NCBI GenBank assembly: GCA_044238145.1
Contig: JBIIDT010000003.1
Location: forward strand, 14,155-78,154
From: Pirellulales bacterium
Lineage (GTDB): Bacteria; Planctomycetota; Planctomycetia; Pirellulales; UBA1268
Direction of reading: 5' to 3'
DNA length: 64,000 bases
The position numbers were made by a program, and so were the translations under genes. Each line of letters starts with the position of its first letter. Within the stretch, counting starts at the first letter, position 1. Under the pieces are notes generated by a model. It did no database searches. It worked only from the letters and a program-made list of their open reading frames with translations, and was not told where the DNA came from. This document shows positions 38,217 through 48,266 of this stretch, piece by piece.

Positions 38217-40451
38217 TTCCTCCGCGCGGCCCTGACCAGCGGCTCGAACCTTCTCTGGGTCGTGTGCCTGGCGGCGCTCGCCACGGCGGCGTCGGCCGCC
38301 GAGCCGAGTTTCGAACTCGACGTGGTGCCGATCCTCTCGAAGGCCGGCTGCAACGGTGGCGGCTGCCACGGCGCCCTCGCCGGCAAGGCCGGCTTCCGCC
38401 TGTCGCTCTTCGGCTACGACCCCAAAAGCGACTACCTGGCGATCACCCGCGACGCCCGCGGCCGCCGCGTCGATCCCGCCGAGCCGGGGGCGAGCCTGCT
38501 GCTCACGAAGCCCACGATGGCGGTGGCCCACAAGGGCGGCAAGCGGCTCGAGGTGAACGGCGACGACTACGCGCTCCTCGCCGCCTGGATCGAGGCCGGC
38601 TGCCCCGGGCCGCGGGAGGACGAGCGGAAGCTCGTGGGCATCGAACTCGGGCCCGCGGAGAGCCTGGCGGCGCCGGGACGGACCGTGACGCTCACGGTGA
38701 CCGCCCGCTACGACGACGGCTCCACCCGCGACGTCACCCGCTGGGCCCGGTTCACGTCGGCCGACGAGACGGTCGCCGCGGTCGATCCGGCCGGCCGCGT
38801 GAGCGTGATCGGCCATGGCGCCGGGGCCGTGACGGCCTGGTTTTCCTCGCAGATCGCCGTGGCGACCGTGATCGCGCCGTTCCCGCACGCGGCATCGCCC
38901 GCCGCCTACGCCTCCGCCCCGCGGGCCAATCTGATCGACGACTTCAACCTCGCGCAACTCGAGCGGTTGCACCTCGCGCCCTCGCCGCCGTGCGACGAGG
39001 CGACGTTCCTGCGGCGGGCGTTCCTCGACACGATCGGCCGGCTGCCGACGCCCGAGGAGGTCCGCGAACACCTCGCCGACCGCTCCCCGCGGCGCCGGGA
39101 GCGGCTCGTCGACTTCCTGCTCGCGCGGCCCGAGTTCGTCGACTACTGGACCTACAAGTGGTCCGACGTCCTGCTCGTGACCGGGGCGAAGCTGCGGCCC
39201 AAGGCGGTGGATGCCTACTGGCAGTGGATCCGCGACCGCGTCGCGGAGAACGCGCCGTGGGACCGCATCGTCCGCGCGATCGTCACGGCGCGGGGCTCGA
39301 GCGTGGAGAACGGGGCCACGAACTTCTTCGCCGTGCACCAGGATCCCGAGACGCTCGCCGAGAACACCGCGCAGGCGTTCCTCTCGCTGTCGATCAATTG
39401 CGCGAAGTGCCACAACCACCCGCTCGAGAAGTGGACCAACGACCAGTACTACGCCTTCGCCAACCTCTTCGCGCGGGTGCGGGCGAAGGGCTGGGGGGGC
39501 GACGCCCGCGAGGGTGACGGCCTCCGCACGCTGTACGTCGAGAGCCGGGGCGATCTCCTCCAGCCGAAGACGGGACGCCCGCAGCCTCCGGCGCCGCTCG
39601 ACGGCGAGCCGCTGCCGATGGACGACGCCGGCGACCGCCGCGCGACGCTCGCCGCCTGGCTCACGTCGCCGGACAACCCCTACTTCACGCGGGCGATCGT
39701 CAATCGCGTGTGGGCCAACTTCTTCGGGCTCGGCCTCGTCGAGCCGGTGGACGACCTGCGGGCGACCAATCCGGCGAGCGACGAGAAGCTGCTCGCCGCG
39801 CTCTGCGGCTTCACGCAGGAGCACGGCTACGACCTGAAGTCGCTGATGCGGCTGATCCTCCTCTCGGAGACCTACGCCCGCTCGAGCGTGCCGCTGCCGG
39901 AGAACAAGGACGATCGCCGCTGGTTCGCCCGGGCCTACCCGAAGCGGCTGATGGCGGAGGTGCTGTCCGACGCGATCGCCGACGTGACGGGCGTCCGGGA
40001 CAGCTACACGCAGATCGTGCTCAACGACGGGTCCACGCAGAAGGCGGAGGGCTACGGCCCCGACACGCGGGCCCTCGAGCTTCGCGACTCGAAGGTGAAG
40101 AACCCGTTCCTCGACACGTTCGGTCGCAACGCCCGCGAGATCACCTGCGAGTGCGAGCGGTCGAATCAGCCGAGCCTGGTGCAGGTGCTCCACCTCTCCA
40201 ACGGCACGACCCTCAACGACAAGCTCGCCGCCCCGGCCGGGCGGATCACGCAGATCCTCGCCACCGACCCGAAGCCGACCGACCTCGTCGAGGAGGCGTG
40301 GGTGCGGACCCTCTCGCGCCGGCCCACCGATGCCGAGCGGAAGCCGTTCGAGGAGCTGCTCGCGGCGGCGCAGGCCGACGAGAAGCGGCAGGTCGTGGAA
40401 GACATGTACTGGTCGCTGCTGACGAGCCGCGAGTTCCTGTTCAGGCATTGA
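38205..40451 (+). CDS. PSCyt2 (DUF1549) - Ig-like (Big_2) - PSD1 (DUF1553) protein
   Basis: A signal peptide is present. ELDVVPILSKAGCNGGGCHG marks DUF1549. The Ig-like segment is VTLTVTARYDDGSTRDVT. NCAKCHNHPLEKWTNDQYYAFANLFA marks DUF1553. The start lies inside repeat copy C, so the exact start is uncertain. Confidence 0.88.
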   Translation: MGNPFLRAALTSGSNLLWVVCLAALATAASAAEPSFELDVVPILSKAGCNGGGCHGALAGKAGFRLSLFGYDPKSDYLAITRDARGRRVDPAEPGASLLLTKPTMAVAHKGGKRLEVNGDDYALLAAWIEAGCPGPREDERKLVGIELGPAESLAAPGRTVTLTVTARYDDGSTRDVTRWARFTSADETVAAVDPAGRVSVIGHGAGAVTAWFSSQIAVATVIAPFPHAASPAAYASAPRANLIDDFNLAQLERLHLAPSPPCDEATFLRRAFLDTIGRLPTPEEVREHLADRSPRRRERLVDFLLARPEFVDYWTYKWSDVLLVTGAKLRPKAVDAYWQWIRDRVAENAPWDRIVRAIVTARGSSVENGATNFFAVHQDPETLAENTAQAFLSLSINCAKCHNHPLEKWTNDQYYAFANLFARVRAKGWGGDAREGDGLRTLYVESRGDLLQPKTGRPQPPAPLDGEPLPMDDAGDRRATLAAWLTSPDNPYFTRAIVNRVWANFFGLGLVEPVDDLRATNPASDEKLLAALCGFTQEHGYDLKSLMRLILLSETYARSSVPLPENKDDRRWFARAYPKRLMAEVLSDAIADVTGVRDSYTQIVLNDGSTQKAEGYGPDTRALELRDSKVKNPFLDTFGRNAREITCECERSNQPSLVQVLHLSNGTTLNDKLAAPAGRITQILATDPKPTDLVEEAWVRTLSRRPTDAERKPFEELLAAAQADEKRQVVEDMYWSLLTSREFLFRH

Positions 40452-43237
40452 TGATGAAACGCCTTCTGGCTCTCGCTCTTGCCGTGGCCGCGACGACGCC
40501 CGCCCTGGCCGCGCCGGCGTACGACCGCGAGATCGCGCCGATCCTGCGAACGTACTGCGCCGGCTGCCACAACGACCGCGACGCGGAAGCGGCGTTTTCC
40601 GTGGAGCGGTTCGCGACGCTGCGGAAGGGAGGCGAGGGATCGGGCGACCCGATCGTGCCCGGTGACGCCGCCGCCTCGACCCTCGTCCGGCGGATCAAGA
40701 GCCAGGACGCCGACCACATGCCGCCCGACGATGAGCCGCAGGTGCCCGCGGCGGATCTGGCGACGCTCGAGGCCTGGATCGCGGCCGGTGCCGCCGGCCC
40801 CGCCACCGACGCCTCGATCCTCAAAACGCTCGTGGTGCCGCGGCTGCCGCCGTCGCGGTCGGCGCGGCCGGTGACGGCGCTCGCCGTGAGCCCCGACGGC
40901 GGCCGGCTCGCCGTGGCCCGCGGCCGCACGATCGACGTCGTCGCGATCGAGAACGGCGTGCCGCTGCAGGGGGCGCCGCTGCTCACGATCGCCGACCTGC
41001 CCGGCCCGGTCGCGGCCGTCCACTATTCCCGCGACGGCTCCCGGCTCGTGGTCGCCGGCGGGATCACCGGCCTCCACGGCCTGGCGGAGATCCGCGACGC
41101 GGCCACCGGCGCGGTCGTGCGGGCCTTCGGCGGCCACCGCGACATCGTCTACGACGCCGAGCTTTCCCCCGACGAACGGACGCTCGCCACGGCGGGCTAC
41201 GACCGCTCGATCAAACTCTGGGACGCCGCCGACGGCACGCTCGTGCGGTCGATCGATGTCCACAACGGCGCCGTCTTCGACCTCGCCTGGCACCCGTCGG
41301 GCAAGGTCCTCGGCTCGGCGAGCGCCGACGAGACGGTGAAGCTCTGGCGGGCCGCCGACGGCGTGCGTCTCGACACCCTGAGCCAGCCACAGGGAGAGCT
41401 CGCCAGCGTCGCCTTCACCCCCGACGGTGGGCACGTGATCGCGGCCGGCCGCGACAAGCGGATCCACCTCTGGAAGTTCGTCTCGCGCGACGCGCCGGCG
41501 ATCAATCCACCGCTGCATGCCCGGTTCGCCCACGAGACGCCGATCGTGGCGCTCGCCCTCGCGCCCGACGGCACGCGGCTGGTCACCACGGCCGAGGACC
41601 GCACGGTGAAGGCCTGGAGCGTGCCCGACCTCGCGCTCCTCGCCGAACTGCCGCGGCAGCCCGACCTCGTGGCGGCGGCGGTGCCCGTCGGTGCCGGTTT
41701 TCTCCTCGGCCGGATGGACGGCCGCGTCGAGCCGGTGGCCGTCGGCACGGCCGCGGCGGGGCAGCCGACAGCGACCGCCGGCCCGGTGGCGGTGGAGGCG
41801 GCGGCCGCGGACCAGCCCGTGGCCGACCTCGTCGAGGCGGAGCCCAACGACACCGCGGCCCAGGCGACGACGGCCCGCGTGCCGGTGGCGATGAAGGGAT
41901 CGATCGGCCGGCCGGGCGACGCCGACTGCGTGCGGTTCGCCGCGCGGGCAGGCGTGCCCGTGGTACTGGAGGTGATCGCCGCCTCGGGCAAGCCGCCGTC
42001 GAGGCTCGACTCGCGGGTCGAGGTGCTCGACACGGCGGGACAACCGGTCGTGCAGGTCGTGCTCCAGGCCGTCCGCGACTCGTGGTTCACGTTCCGCGGC
42101 AAGAACTCGGTGCAGACGGGTGACTTCCGCGTGCACAACTGGGAGGAGATGGATCTCGACCAGTACCTGTACGCCAACGGAGAGGTGGTCCGCCTGTGGC
42201 TCGCTCCGCGCGGCGCCGACTCCGGCTTCGATGTCTACCCCGGGGCGGGCGATCGCCACACGTTCTTCCACACGTCGGCCGTCACCCACGCGCTCGGCGA
42301 GCCGGCGTGGATCGTCGAGCCGCTCCCCCCGGGGGCGAAGCCGGTGCCCAACGGGCTGCCGGTGTTTCCGGTGTACTGCGAAAACGACGACGACGCGACC
42401 CGCCGACTCGGCACCGACTCGCACCTCATCTTCACTCCACCGGCCGACGGCGACTACGTCGCCCGCGTGACCGACGTCCGCGGGTTCGGCGGCACGGACG
42501 ATCACCAGTACACGCTGCAGATCCGGCCGCCGCGTCCCGCTTTCGAGGTGCGCGTGGCCGGCAGGGATCCGAAGGTGAGCCCCGGCGGCGGCCGCGAACT
42601 CACGTTCACGGTCACCCGCATCGACGGCTTCGACGGTCCGGTGCGGATCGAGGTGTCGGGCCTGCCGGCGGGCTTCACGTTCCACGGGCCGATCGAGATC
42701 GAGGCCGGGCAGCAGGAGGCCCGCGGCGTGCTCGCGGCGACGGCCGACGCCGCCGCGCCCGACGAGGAGGCCGACAAGGGAGTGAAGGTGAGGGCGGTGG
42801 CGACGGTGGCGGGCGCGGAGATGGTTCGCGATCTCGGCACGCTCGGCGACATCCAGGTGGCCGACAAGCCGAAGATCACGGTTGAGATCGCCCCCGGCGC
42901 CGATCCTGCCGCCGTGAGGCAGGTGCCGGGCGAGCCGCTCGAGTTCACGATCCGGCCGGGGCAGACGATCGCGGCGAAGGTGAAGGTGGTGCGGCACGAC
43001 TTCAAGGACCGCATCGACTTCGGCACGGCGGGCGCGGGCCGCAACCTGCCCCACGGGGCCTTCGTCGACAACCTCGGACTCAACGGCCTGTTGATCGTGG
43101 AGGGGCAGGACGAGCGGGAGTTCTTCATCACCGCGGCCCCGAAGACGCCTCCCGGCCGGCGACTCTTCCACCTCCGGGCCGGGCCCGACGGCGGCCAGGC
43201 CTCCCTGCCGGTGTGGCTCAACGTCCGGCCGCCGTGA
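40451..43237 (+). CDS. PSCyt1 (CxxCH) - WD40 beta-propeller - pre-peptidase C-terminal (PPC) domain protein
   Basis: A signal peptide is present. IAPILRTYCAGCHN...HMPP marks PSCyt1. There are at least 6 WD repeats (YDRSIKLWD, ADETVKLW, RDKRIHLW, EDRTVKAW). AEPNDTAAQA...GDADCVRF marks PPC. Its ATG overlaps the upstream stop by 1 nt. Confidence 0.88.
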   Translation: MMKRLLALALAVAATTPALAAPAYDREIAPILRTYCAGCHNDRDAEAAFSVERFATLRKGGEGSGDPIVPGDAAASTLVRRIKSQDADHMPPDDEPQVPAADLATLEAWIAAGAAGPATDASILKTLVVPRLPPSRSARPVTALAVSPDGGRLAVARGRTIDVVAIENGVPLQGAPLLTIADLPGPVAAVHYSRDGSRLVVAGGITGLHGLAEIRDAATGAVVRAFGGHRDIVYDAELSPDERTLATAGYDRSIKLWDAADGTLVRSIDVHNGAVFDLAWHPSGKVLGSASADETVKLWRAADGVRLDTLSQPQGELASVAFTPDGGHVIAAGRDKRIHLWKFVSRDAPAINPPLHARFAHETPIVALALAPDGTRLVTTAEDRTVKAWSVPDLALLAELPRQPDLVAAAVPVGAGFLLGRMDGRVEPVAVGTAAAGQPTATAGPVAVEAAAADQPVADLVEAEPNDTAAQATTARVPVAMKGSIGRPGDADCVRFAARAGVPVVLEVIAASGKPPSRLDSRVEVLDTAGQPVVQVVLQAVRDSWFTFRGKNSVQTGDFRVHNWEEMDLDQYLYANGEVVRLWLAPRGADSGFDVYPGAGDRHTFFHTSAVTHALGEPAWIVEPLPPGAKPVPNGLPVFPVYCENDDDATRRLGTDSHLIFTPPADGDYVARVTDVRGFGGTDDHQYTLQIRPPRPAFEVRVAGRDPKVSPGGGRELTFTVTRIDGFDGPVRIEVSGLPAGFTFHGPIEIEAGQQEARGVLAATADAAAPDEEADKGVKVRAVATVAGAEMVRDLGTLGDIQVADKPKITVEIAPGADPAAVRQVPGEPLEFTIRPGQTIAAKVKVVRHDFKDRIDFGTAGAGRNLPHGAFVDNLGLNGLLIVEGQDEREFFITAAPKTPPGRRLFHLRAGPDGGQASLPVWLNVRPP

Positions 43238-43243
43238 GGCCGG

Positions 43244-46200
43244 TCAACCGCCCGCGGTCCGGGGCCGCTCGGGAATCGATGCCCGGGAGGCGGCGGTGAC
43301 GGCGGCCACGACCGCCGTGACGAGCGTGAGGCCGCAGGTGGCGACGATCCAGCCCAGCGGCACGCGGGCCGACGCGGCCACCAAGGCCGGCGTCACGGCG
43401 AGGCAGCCGGCCAGCGTGCCCGCCGCCAGCCCGAGTCCGACCGTCACGAGCGCCTCGCCGACGAGCAGCCTGCGGATGCGACCGGGCGTGAACCCGACCG
43501 CACGCAGCAGCGAGAGGGCGCCGAGCCGCTCGACGACCCCCTGGAGCAGCACCGCCGCCACCCCCGCCGTGCCGAGCAGGAGGCCGAGCGTCCCGAGCGC
43601 CTGGAACCCGGAGAGGAAGGTGTTCTGCACCGCCAGGAGGCTGCGGAGCCGGTCGATCGCGGGGGTGACCGCGACGCCCGCGTCGGACCAGGCCCGCTCC
43701 AGCCCGACCCGGGCGGCGGGGCGATCGGCGGCCGGCAGGGCCGAGTCGTCGACGAGGGCAAGTCCGTATCCCGACCGGTCGGGGTGCACCCGCTCGAACT
43801 GCCGCTCGGCCACGATCACGACGCCCTGCAGGATCCCCGGCGCGAGCAGGCCCACGATCTCGTGCTCCACCGGCTCGCCGGCATCGTTCTCGACCGTGAA
43901 GGTCGCACCGACGCCGCCGAGTTTGAGCGCCCACCGGGCCGTCGCCTCGTCGACGATCGCGGGCACCGGTCCGGCGGCCTCCTGTTCGAGGAGCATCCAC
44001 GGATTCGTGACCCCGCCGGGCAACGGCGCGTGATCGGCGAATGCAAAGCCGCCGCGTTGGATGAAGGTCGGCCCCACGCCGAGGACGGTCGGCCGGCCGG
44101 CGGCGTAGAGGTTCGTGCAGCTGGCGTCGTCGGCAGCGGTGGATCGCAGCCGCTCGATCGTGCAGCCGGCCACGGCCCGCTCCTCGGCGCCGGAGAGCCC
44201 GAGCGTGGCCCGCACCTGGGCGTCGAGCGGGTCGACCGAGGTGGGCGCGCCGAACGCGGCGAGCAGGGAATAGCCTCCGGTCGGGCCGCGGCGGTCCGCC
44301 GGGTCGGCGGGCGGCCGCACCGCGAACGACGAGACGGCGACGACCAGAAACTGCGCGAGGGCCACGATCGCCGCGACGGCGAAGCCGCGGCCCGGCGTCC
44401 GGGAAAGACCGCGACTGGCCAGCTGGGCGAGCGACGCGAGCGGCCGCACAGGCCTGCCGAAGAGCACGAGCCGCACCACCGCGAGCATCCCGGCCAGGGC
44501 GAGGAAGCCGGCACCGAAGAAGGCGGCGACGGCCTGCGCGGGCTCGGCTCGGCCGCCCGCGAAGGCCAGCGCCAGGGCGGCGCCGAGGGCGAGCACCGCG
44601 AACGCCGTCCGGCCACCGCGGCGCGAACGGCCGGCAGCGACGGGCTCGCCCCCGCCCTTGAGCAAACGCCACGGGGCGACCCGAGCGGCCCGCCGCGCCG
44701 CCCAGGCCACGGCGGCGAGCGACACGGCCAACGCGGCCAGACCCCCGGGCACGGCGGCCCCCCACGACGGCGGCACCGCGAAGACGCGGGCCGAGCCGAC
44801 CGCCACGTCGGAGTCCCACGCTTGCCCGAGCACCGCGAGCAGGCCGCGGGCCCACAGCGGCCCCGCGAGCGTGCCGACCACGGCGCCCGCCGCCGCCGCG
44901 CTACCGGCGACGGCCACGAGCAGCGTGGCGAGCCGCCGTGGTGGCCAGCCTACGGCGGCGAGGATGCCGACGTCACGGGACCGGGCGGCGACGAGCAGAT
45001 CAAAGAGCAGCCACTCGAGCAGCAGCCCCGCCGCAACCACGAAGCTCGAGAGCGCGAGGAACAGGCCGCCGAAGGGTGTCGAGCCGCGGGCCGCCGCCAG
45101 GGCCGTCGCCCGCAGCGGCACGACACGCAGGCCGAGTTCGGCAGGCGCGATCCGCGCCGCCAGTTCGTCGCCCACCCGGGCGGGATCCACGCTCCCCGGC
45201 GGCAGGTGCCAGGCCGTCGTGCGGCCGAAGCGGCTGCCGGCGATCCGCCGGGCGGTGTCCAGCGCCACGAACGCCTTCGGCGTCGTGCCGTGCGCCTTCC
45301 AGTAGCGGTCGTCCTCGTCGTGCGGCGGCGTGGTCCGCACCCGCGCCGCGTCGAACGGGAAGGGAGGATCCCAGTCCGCGATCGACGCCTCGTCGCTCAC
45401 GCCCTCGACCTCGGGCACGAGATCGCGGGCCACCGCCGCCCCTTGCATCGCGGCGATCCCGGCGATGCGAAACGTCGTGGTCGTCTCCTCCACGCGGCCG
45501 TGAAGCGTCTCGGGCAGGAAGTGGGTCACGGCGATCCGGTCGCCGACCGCCACGGGCGCGCCCTGGGCCGCCAGGTCGTCGGCAAGCCACCGGTCGATGA
45601 GGATCTCGTCGGGGCCCGGCAGGGGCAGGGTGGAGCCGTGGTCGTCGACCAGCGGGCCCGCGGGGTGGTTCGTCGTGTCGATGCCGAGGACGGTGGAATA
45701 CGGCACGCGGGCCACGGCGGGCTTCCCGGCGGCGTCGAGCGGCCGCAGGTCGTTGGCCAGGAACACGAGCGACGGCCGCGCCCCGCGGGGTCCGAGCACG
45801 GCGCCGGCGACCCGGTCGACCTCGGCCGGAAGGATGAGCCGGCGGCTCGTGAGCCGCGGGCCGGCCGCCCCGGCGCCGGTCCCGAACTCGAGGCCACAGT
45901 CGGCCAGGCCGGGGCGCAGGTGCGATCGCAGCCAGCCGGCCGCGTCGCCCGGCGCGGCGACCGCGAACAGGGCGTTGACCGCGTCGTCTCGTTCCAGGAT
46001 CAACCGCGCCGTCGCGAGCGAGGTCACCACGAGGGGCCTGGTCACCTGCGCGGGCCGCAGCGCGAACTGGCCGAGGCCCACCGCCGGGAGCACGGCCCCG
46101 ACGACGAGGCGGCGGCCCGTCGACTCGGCCGTCCGCCGGCCGAGCGGGCTGTCGGCGGGCACGCTCGACCGCCTCGGCAGCCGCAGGACGACCGCGTCTC

Positions 46201-46696
46201 CGGGATCGGCGGCGAGAACGCGCTGGAGCGGCGCGTTGAGCAGCACGGCATCGGCCGCGAGCGGCGGCGGCGCGGGCTCGAAGCCGAGGGCGGCCGGATC
46301 GTCGCAGGCCAGCAGCGTGGCCGCCGCCGACCGGCGGCCAGCGGCGGCCTCGACCGTGACCTCCATGACGATGGCCGGCACGAGCCGGCCCACCCCGGCG
46401 GAATCGGCCGCGGATCGGGCCGAAAGCTCGGCGGCCAGGCCGGCCGTGTAGAAGTCGTGGCCCACGAGCACGGCATCGATCCGCCCGAGCCGCTCGCCGG
46501 CCAGCTGCCGCAGGCCACGGGCCGTCGCCTCGCCCACGCACAGGGCGCCGGCGATCGTGGTAGCCACGACGGCGGCGGCGGCGGCGAGGGCCGCGACCTG
46601 CGGTCCCCAGGCCCGCACCAGCCGACCGGCGAGCCCGGCGAGCGAGCGCATCGCCCGGGGTCCCGCCGCGCGACCGTCCGCCTCCCGCCGGCTCAT
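43244..46696 (-). CDS. Large ABC transporter permease with two FtsX/MacB-type modules (1150 aa)
   Basis: There are two repeats, each with a TM helix, a large extracytoplasmic domain and three TM helices. FtsX-like segments include LLAAVGWPPRRL and LLRAVGFTPGRIRRLLVGEAL. It overlaps the ATPase gene by 4 nt. Confidence 0.8.
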   Translation of the reverse strand: MSRREADGRAAGPRAMRSLAGLAGRLVRAWGPQVAALAAAAAVVATTIAGALCVGEATARGLRQLAGERLGRIDAVLVGHDFYTAGLAAELSARSAADSAGVGRLVPAIVMEVTVEAAAGRRSAAATLLACDDPAALGFEPAPPPLAADAVLLNAPLQRVLAADPGDAVVLRLPRRSSVPADSPLGRRTAESTGRRLVVGAVLPAVGLGQFALRPAQVTRPLVVTSLATARLILERDDAVNALFAVAAPGDAAGWLRSHLRPGLADCGLEFGTGAGAAGPRLTSRRLILPAEVDRVAGAVLGPRGARPSLVFLANDLRPLDAAGKPAVARVPYSTVLGIDTTNHPAGPLVDDHGSTLPLPGPDEILIDRWLADDLAAQGAPVAVGDRIAVTHFLPETLHGRVEETTTTFRIAGIAAMQGAAVARDLVPEVEGVSDEASIADWDPPFPFDAARVRTTPPHDEDDRYWKAHGTTPKAFVALDTARRIAGSRFGRTTAWHLPPGSVDPARVGDELAARIAPAELGLRVVPLRATALAAARGSTPFGGLFLALSSFVVAAGLLLEWLLFDLLVAARSRDVGILAAVGWPPRRLATLLVAVAGSAAAAGAVVGTLAGPLWARGLLAVLGQAWDSDVAVGSARVFAVPPSWGAAVPGGLAALAVSLAAVAWAARRAARVAPWRLLKGGGEPVAAGRSRRGGRTAFAVLALGAALALAFAGGRAEPAQAVAAFFGAGFLALAGMLAVVRLVLFGRPVRPLASLAQLASRGLSRTPGRGFAVAAIVALAQFLVVAVSSFAVRPPADPADRRGPTGGYSLLAAFGAPTSVDPLDAQVRATLGLSGAEERAVAGCTIERLRSTAADDASCTNLYAAGRPTVLGVGPTFIQRGGFAFADHAPLPGGVTNPWMLLEQEAAGPVPAIVDEATARWALKLGGVGATFTVENDAGEPVEHEIVGLLAPGILQGVVIVAERQFERVHPDRSGYGLALVDDSALPAADRPAARVGLERAWSDAGVAVTPAIDRLRSLLAVQNTFLSGFQALGTLGLLLGTAGVAAVLLQGVVERLGALSLLRAVGFTPGRIRRLLVGEALVTVGLGLAAGTLAGCLAVTPALVAASARVPLGWIVATCGLTLVTAVVAAVTAASRASIPERPRTAGG

Positions 46697-47364
46697 GGCC
46701 CGAGCCGCCCGTCGACGAGTTCGCGCACAGCGCCGACCCGCCGCGCGACGTCGCGGGAGTGCGTGACGACGACAAGCATGCCGCCCGCCTCCGCGGCGAG
46801 CTCGACGAGCAGGTCGGCCACCTCGGCCGCCGACTGCGAGTCGAGCTGACCCGTCGGCTCGTCGGCGAGCACCAGCCGCGGCGCGAGCACCAGCGCCCGG
46901 GCCACCGCCACCCGCTGCCGCTCGCCTCCCGACAGTTCCTCCGGGAGGTGCGTCGCCCGCCGGCCGAGCCCAACCCGGTCGAGCAGCCGTGCCGCTCGGA
47001 CCGCCACGTCGGCGGTCACGCGGCCGGACGCCAGCGCCGGCAGCACCACGTTGTCGAGCGCCGTGCAGCCCGGAAGCAGGTGGTGCTCCTGGAACACGAA
47101 GCCGATCCGCCGATTGCGGAACGCCGCCCGGGCCGTCGCGTCCGCGGCGAACGGCTCGACGCCGTCGAGCCGCACGCGACCCTCCGTCGGCGCCTCGAGG
47201 CCGCCGACGATCGCCAGGAGCGTGCTCTTGCCCGAGCCGCTCGGGCCCATGATGGCCAGCCGCCCGCCCGGCGCGATCGTGAACGACACGCCGTCGAGGA
47301 CCCGCAGGTCGCCGGCCGCGGCCGGGTAGGTCTTCGAGATGCGGTCCACGTCGAGCATGCCCAC
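46693..47364 (-). CDS. ABC transporter ATP-binding protein (LolD/MacB-type)
   Basis: Walker A is GPSGSGKSTLL, the signature is LSGGERQRVAVARAL, and Walker B is LVLADEPTGQLD. Confidence 0.93.
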   Translation of the reverse strand: MGMLDVDRISKTYPAAAGDLRVLDGVSFTIAPGGRLAIMGPSGSGKSTLLAIVGGLEAPTEGRVRLDGVEPFAADATARAAFRNRRIGFVFQEHHLLPGCTALDNVVLPALASGRVTADVAVRAARLLDRVGLGRRATHLPEELSGGERQRVAVARALVLAPRLVLADEPTGQLDSQSAAEVADLLVELAAEAGGMLVVVTHSRDVARRVGAVRELVDGRLGP

Positions 47365-47374
47365 CCCCCGCCGG

Positions 47375-47800
47375 TCAGGCCTGAGGGCGGAAGGCGGAGA
47401 GCCGGGCGACGATGTCGTCGTCGATCGCCACCGACTCGGGATCGCGTCCCGGACGGAGCAGGCACCGAACCGCCACGACCCGGCCCGTGGCCACCGGCTT
47501 CGCCCCGTGCGCGAACGCGAAGCCGTAGGTCACGCTCGACCGGCCGATCTTCTCGACCGTGACGGTGATGTCCACCTCGTCCCCGAAACGGACGGCGGCC
47601 CGGAAGTCGCAAGACACCGAGACCCGCGGCCAGCTGGCGTCGATCCCGTCCGGGCCACGGTCGATGACCCGCAGGCCGGCGGACCGCAGCAGCTCGTGCT
47701 CGGCCGACTCCATCCACAGCAGGAACGCCGAGAAATGGACGATCCCCGCCGCGTCGGTGTCGCGAAACTCGACTCGGCGGCGGGTGGTGAACGGAGCCAT
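47375..47800 (-). CDS. Hotdog-fold acyl-CoA thioesterase (YbgC/4HBT family)
   Basis: VEFRDTDAAGIVHFSAF contains the catalytic Asp context, and the 141-aa size fits. It ends 10 nt upstream of the ABC ATPase gene. The start was set at the ATG at 47800. Confidence 0.78.
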   Translation of the reverse strand: MAPFTTRRRVEFRDTDAAGIVHFSAFLLWMESAEHELLRSAGLRVIDRGPDGIDASWPRVSVSCDFRAAVRFGDEVDITVTVEKIGRSSVTYGFAFAHGAKPVATGRVVAVRCLLRPGRDPESVAIDDDIVARLSAFRPQA

Positions 47801-47846
47801 CGGGGCACGTGAGGGCGTGGCGAAGCCGCGGCCGGCCCCGGCCCGG

Positions 47847-48131
47847 TCACTCGCCGACGTAGGGCAAGAGCGCCATGAACCGGGCCCGCTTGATGGCCCG
47901 CGTGACGGCATGCTGGCTGGCGGCGGTGCAGCCGCTCTTCCGACGGCCGATGATCTTCGCCTGCCGGTTGACGAGCTTGCCGAGGAGTTCGAGGTCCTTG
48001 TAGTCGACGTACATCGGCCGCGGACGGGCGCCGTCGATGAAGATCGGGTCGCGCCGCTTCACCTTGGCGCGGGGCTTGGGCTTCTTGCGGGCGGTCTTGG
48101 CGCCCTTCGACCTGGGTCCTGCGAAACTCAT
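47847..48131 (-). CDS. rpsR: 30S ribosomal protein S18
   Basis: VDYKDLELLGKLVNRQAKIIGRRKSGCTAASQHAVTRAIKRARFMALLPY is the canonical S18 core. Confidence 0.93.
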   Translation of the reverse strand: MSFAGPRSKGAKTARKKPKPRAKVKRRDPIFIDGARPRPMYVDYKDLELLGKLVNRQAKIIGRRKSGCTAASQHAVTRAIKRARFMALLPYVGE

Positions 48132-48200
48132 CGGAAGATGCCGTGCGACTTTCTGGAGGCTGGAGGGGGATAGAGAGGAGACTGTTTCGATGACCGCATG

Positions 48201-48240
48201 CTCGCGGGAGCCGGGCGGAACCGCGACCGGCTCCCGCGAT
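48201..48240 (-). terminator. Stable GC hairpin between the RRM gene and rpsR (attenuator, processing site or terminator; no U-tract)
   Basis: CGCGGGAGCCGG (48203-48214) pairs perfectly with CCGGCTCCCGCG (48227-48238). The loop contains a further GCGG/CCGC pairing. Confidence 0.4.
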
Positions 48241-48266
48241 GCGATGCGAAACGTTCGGGAGGGGAA

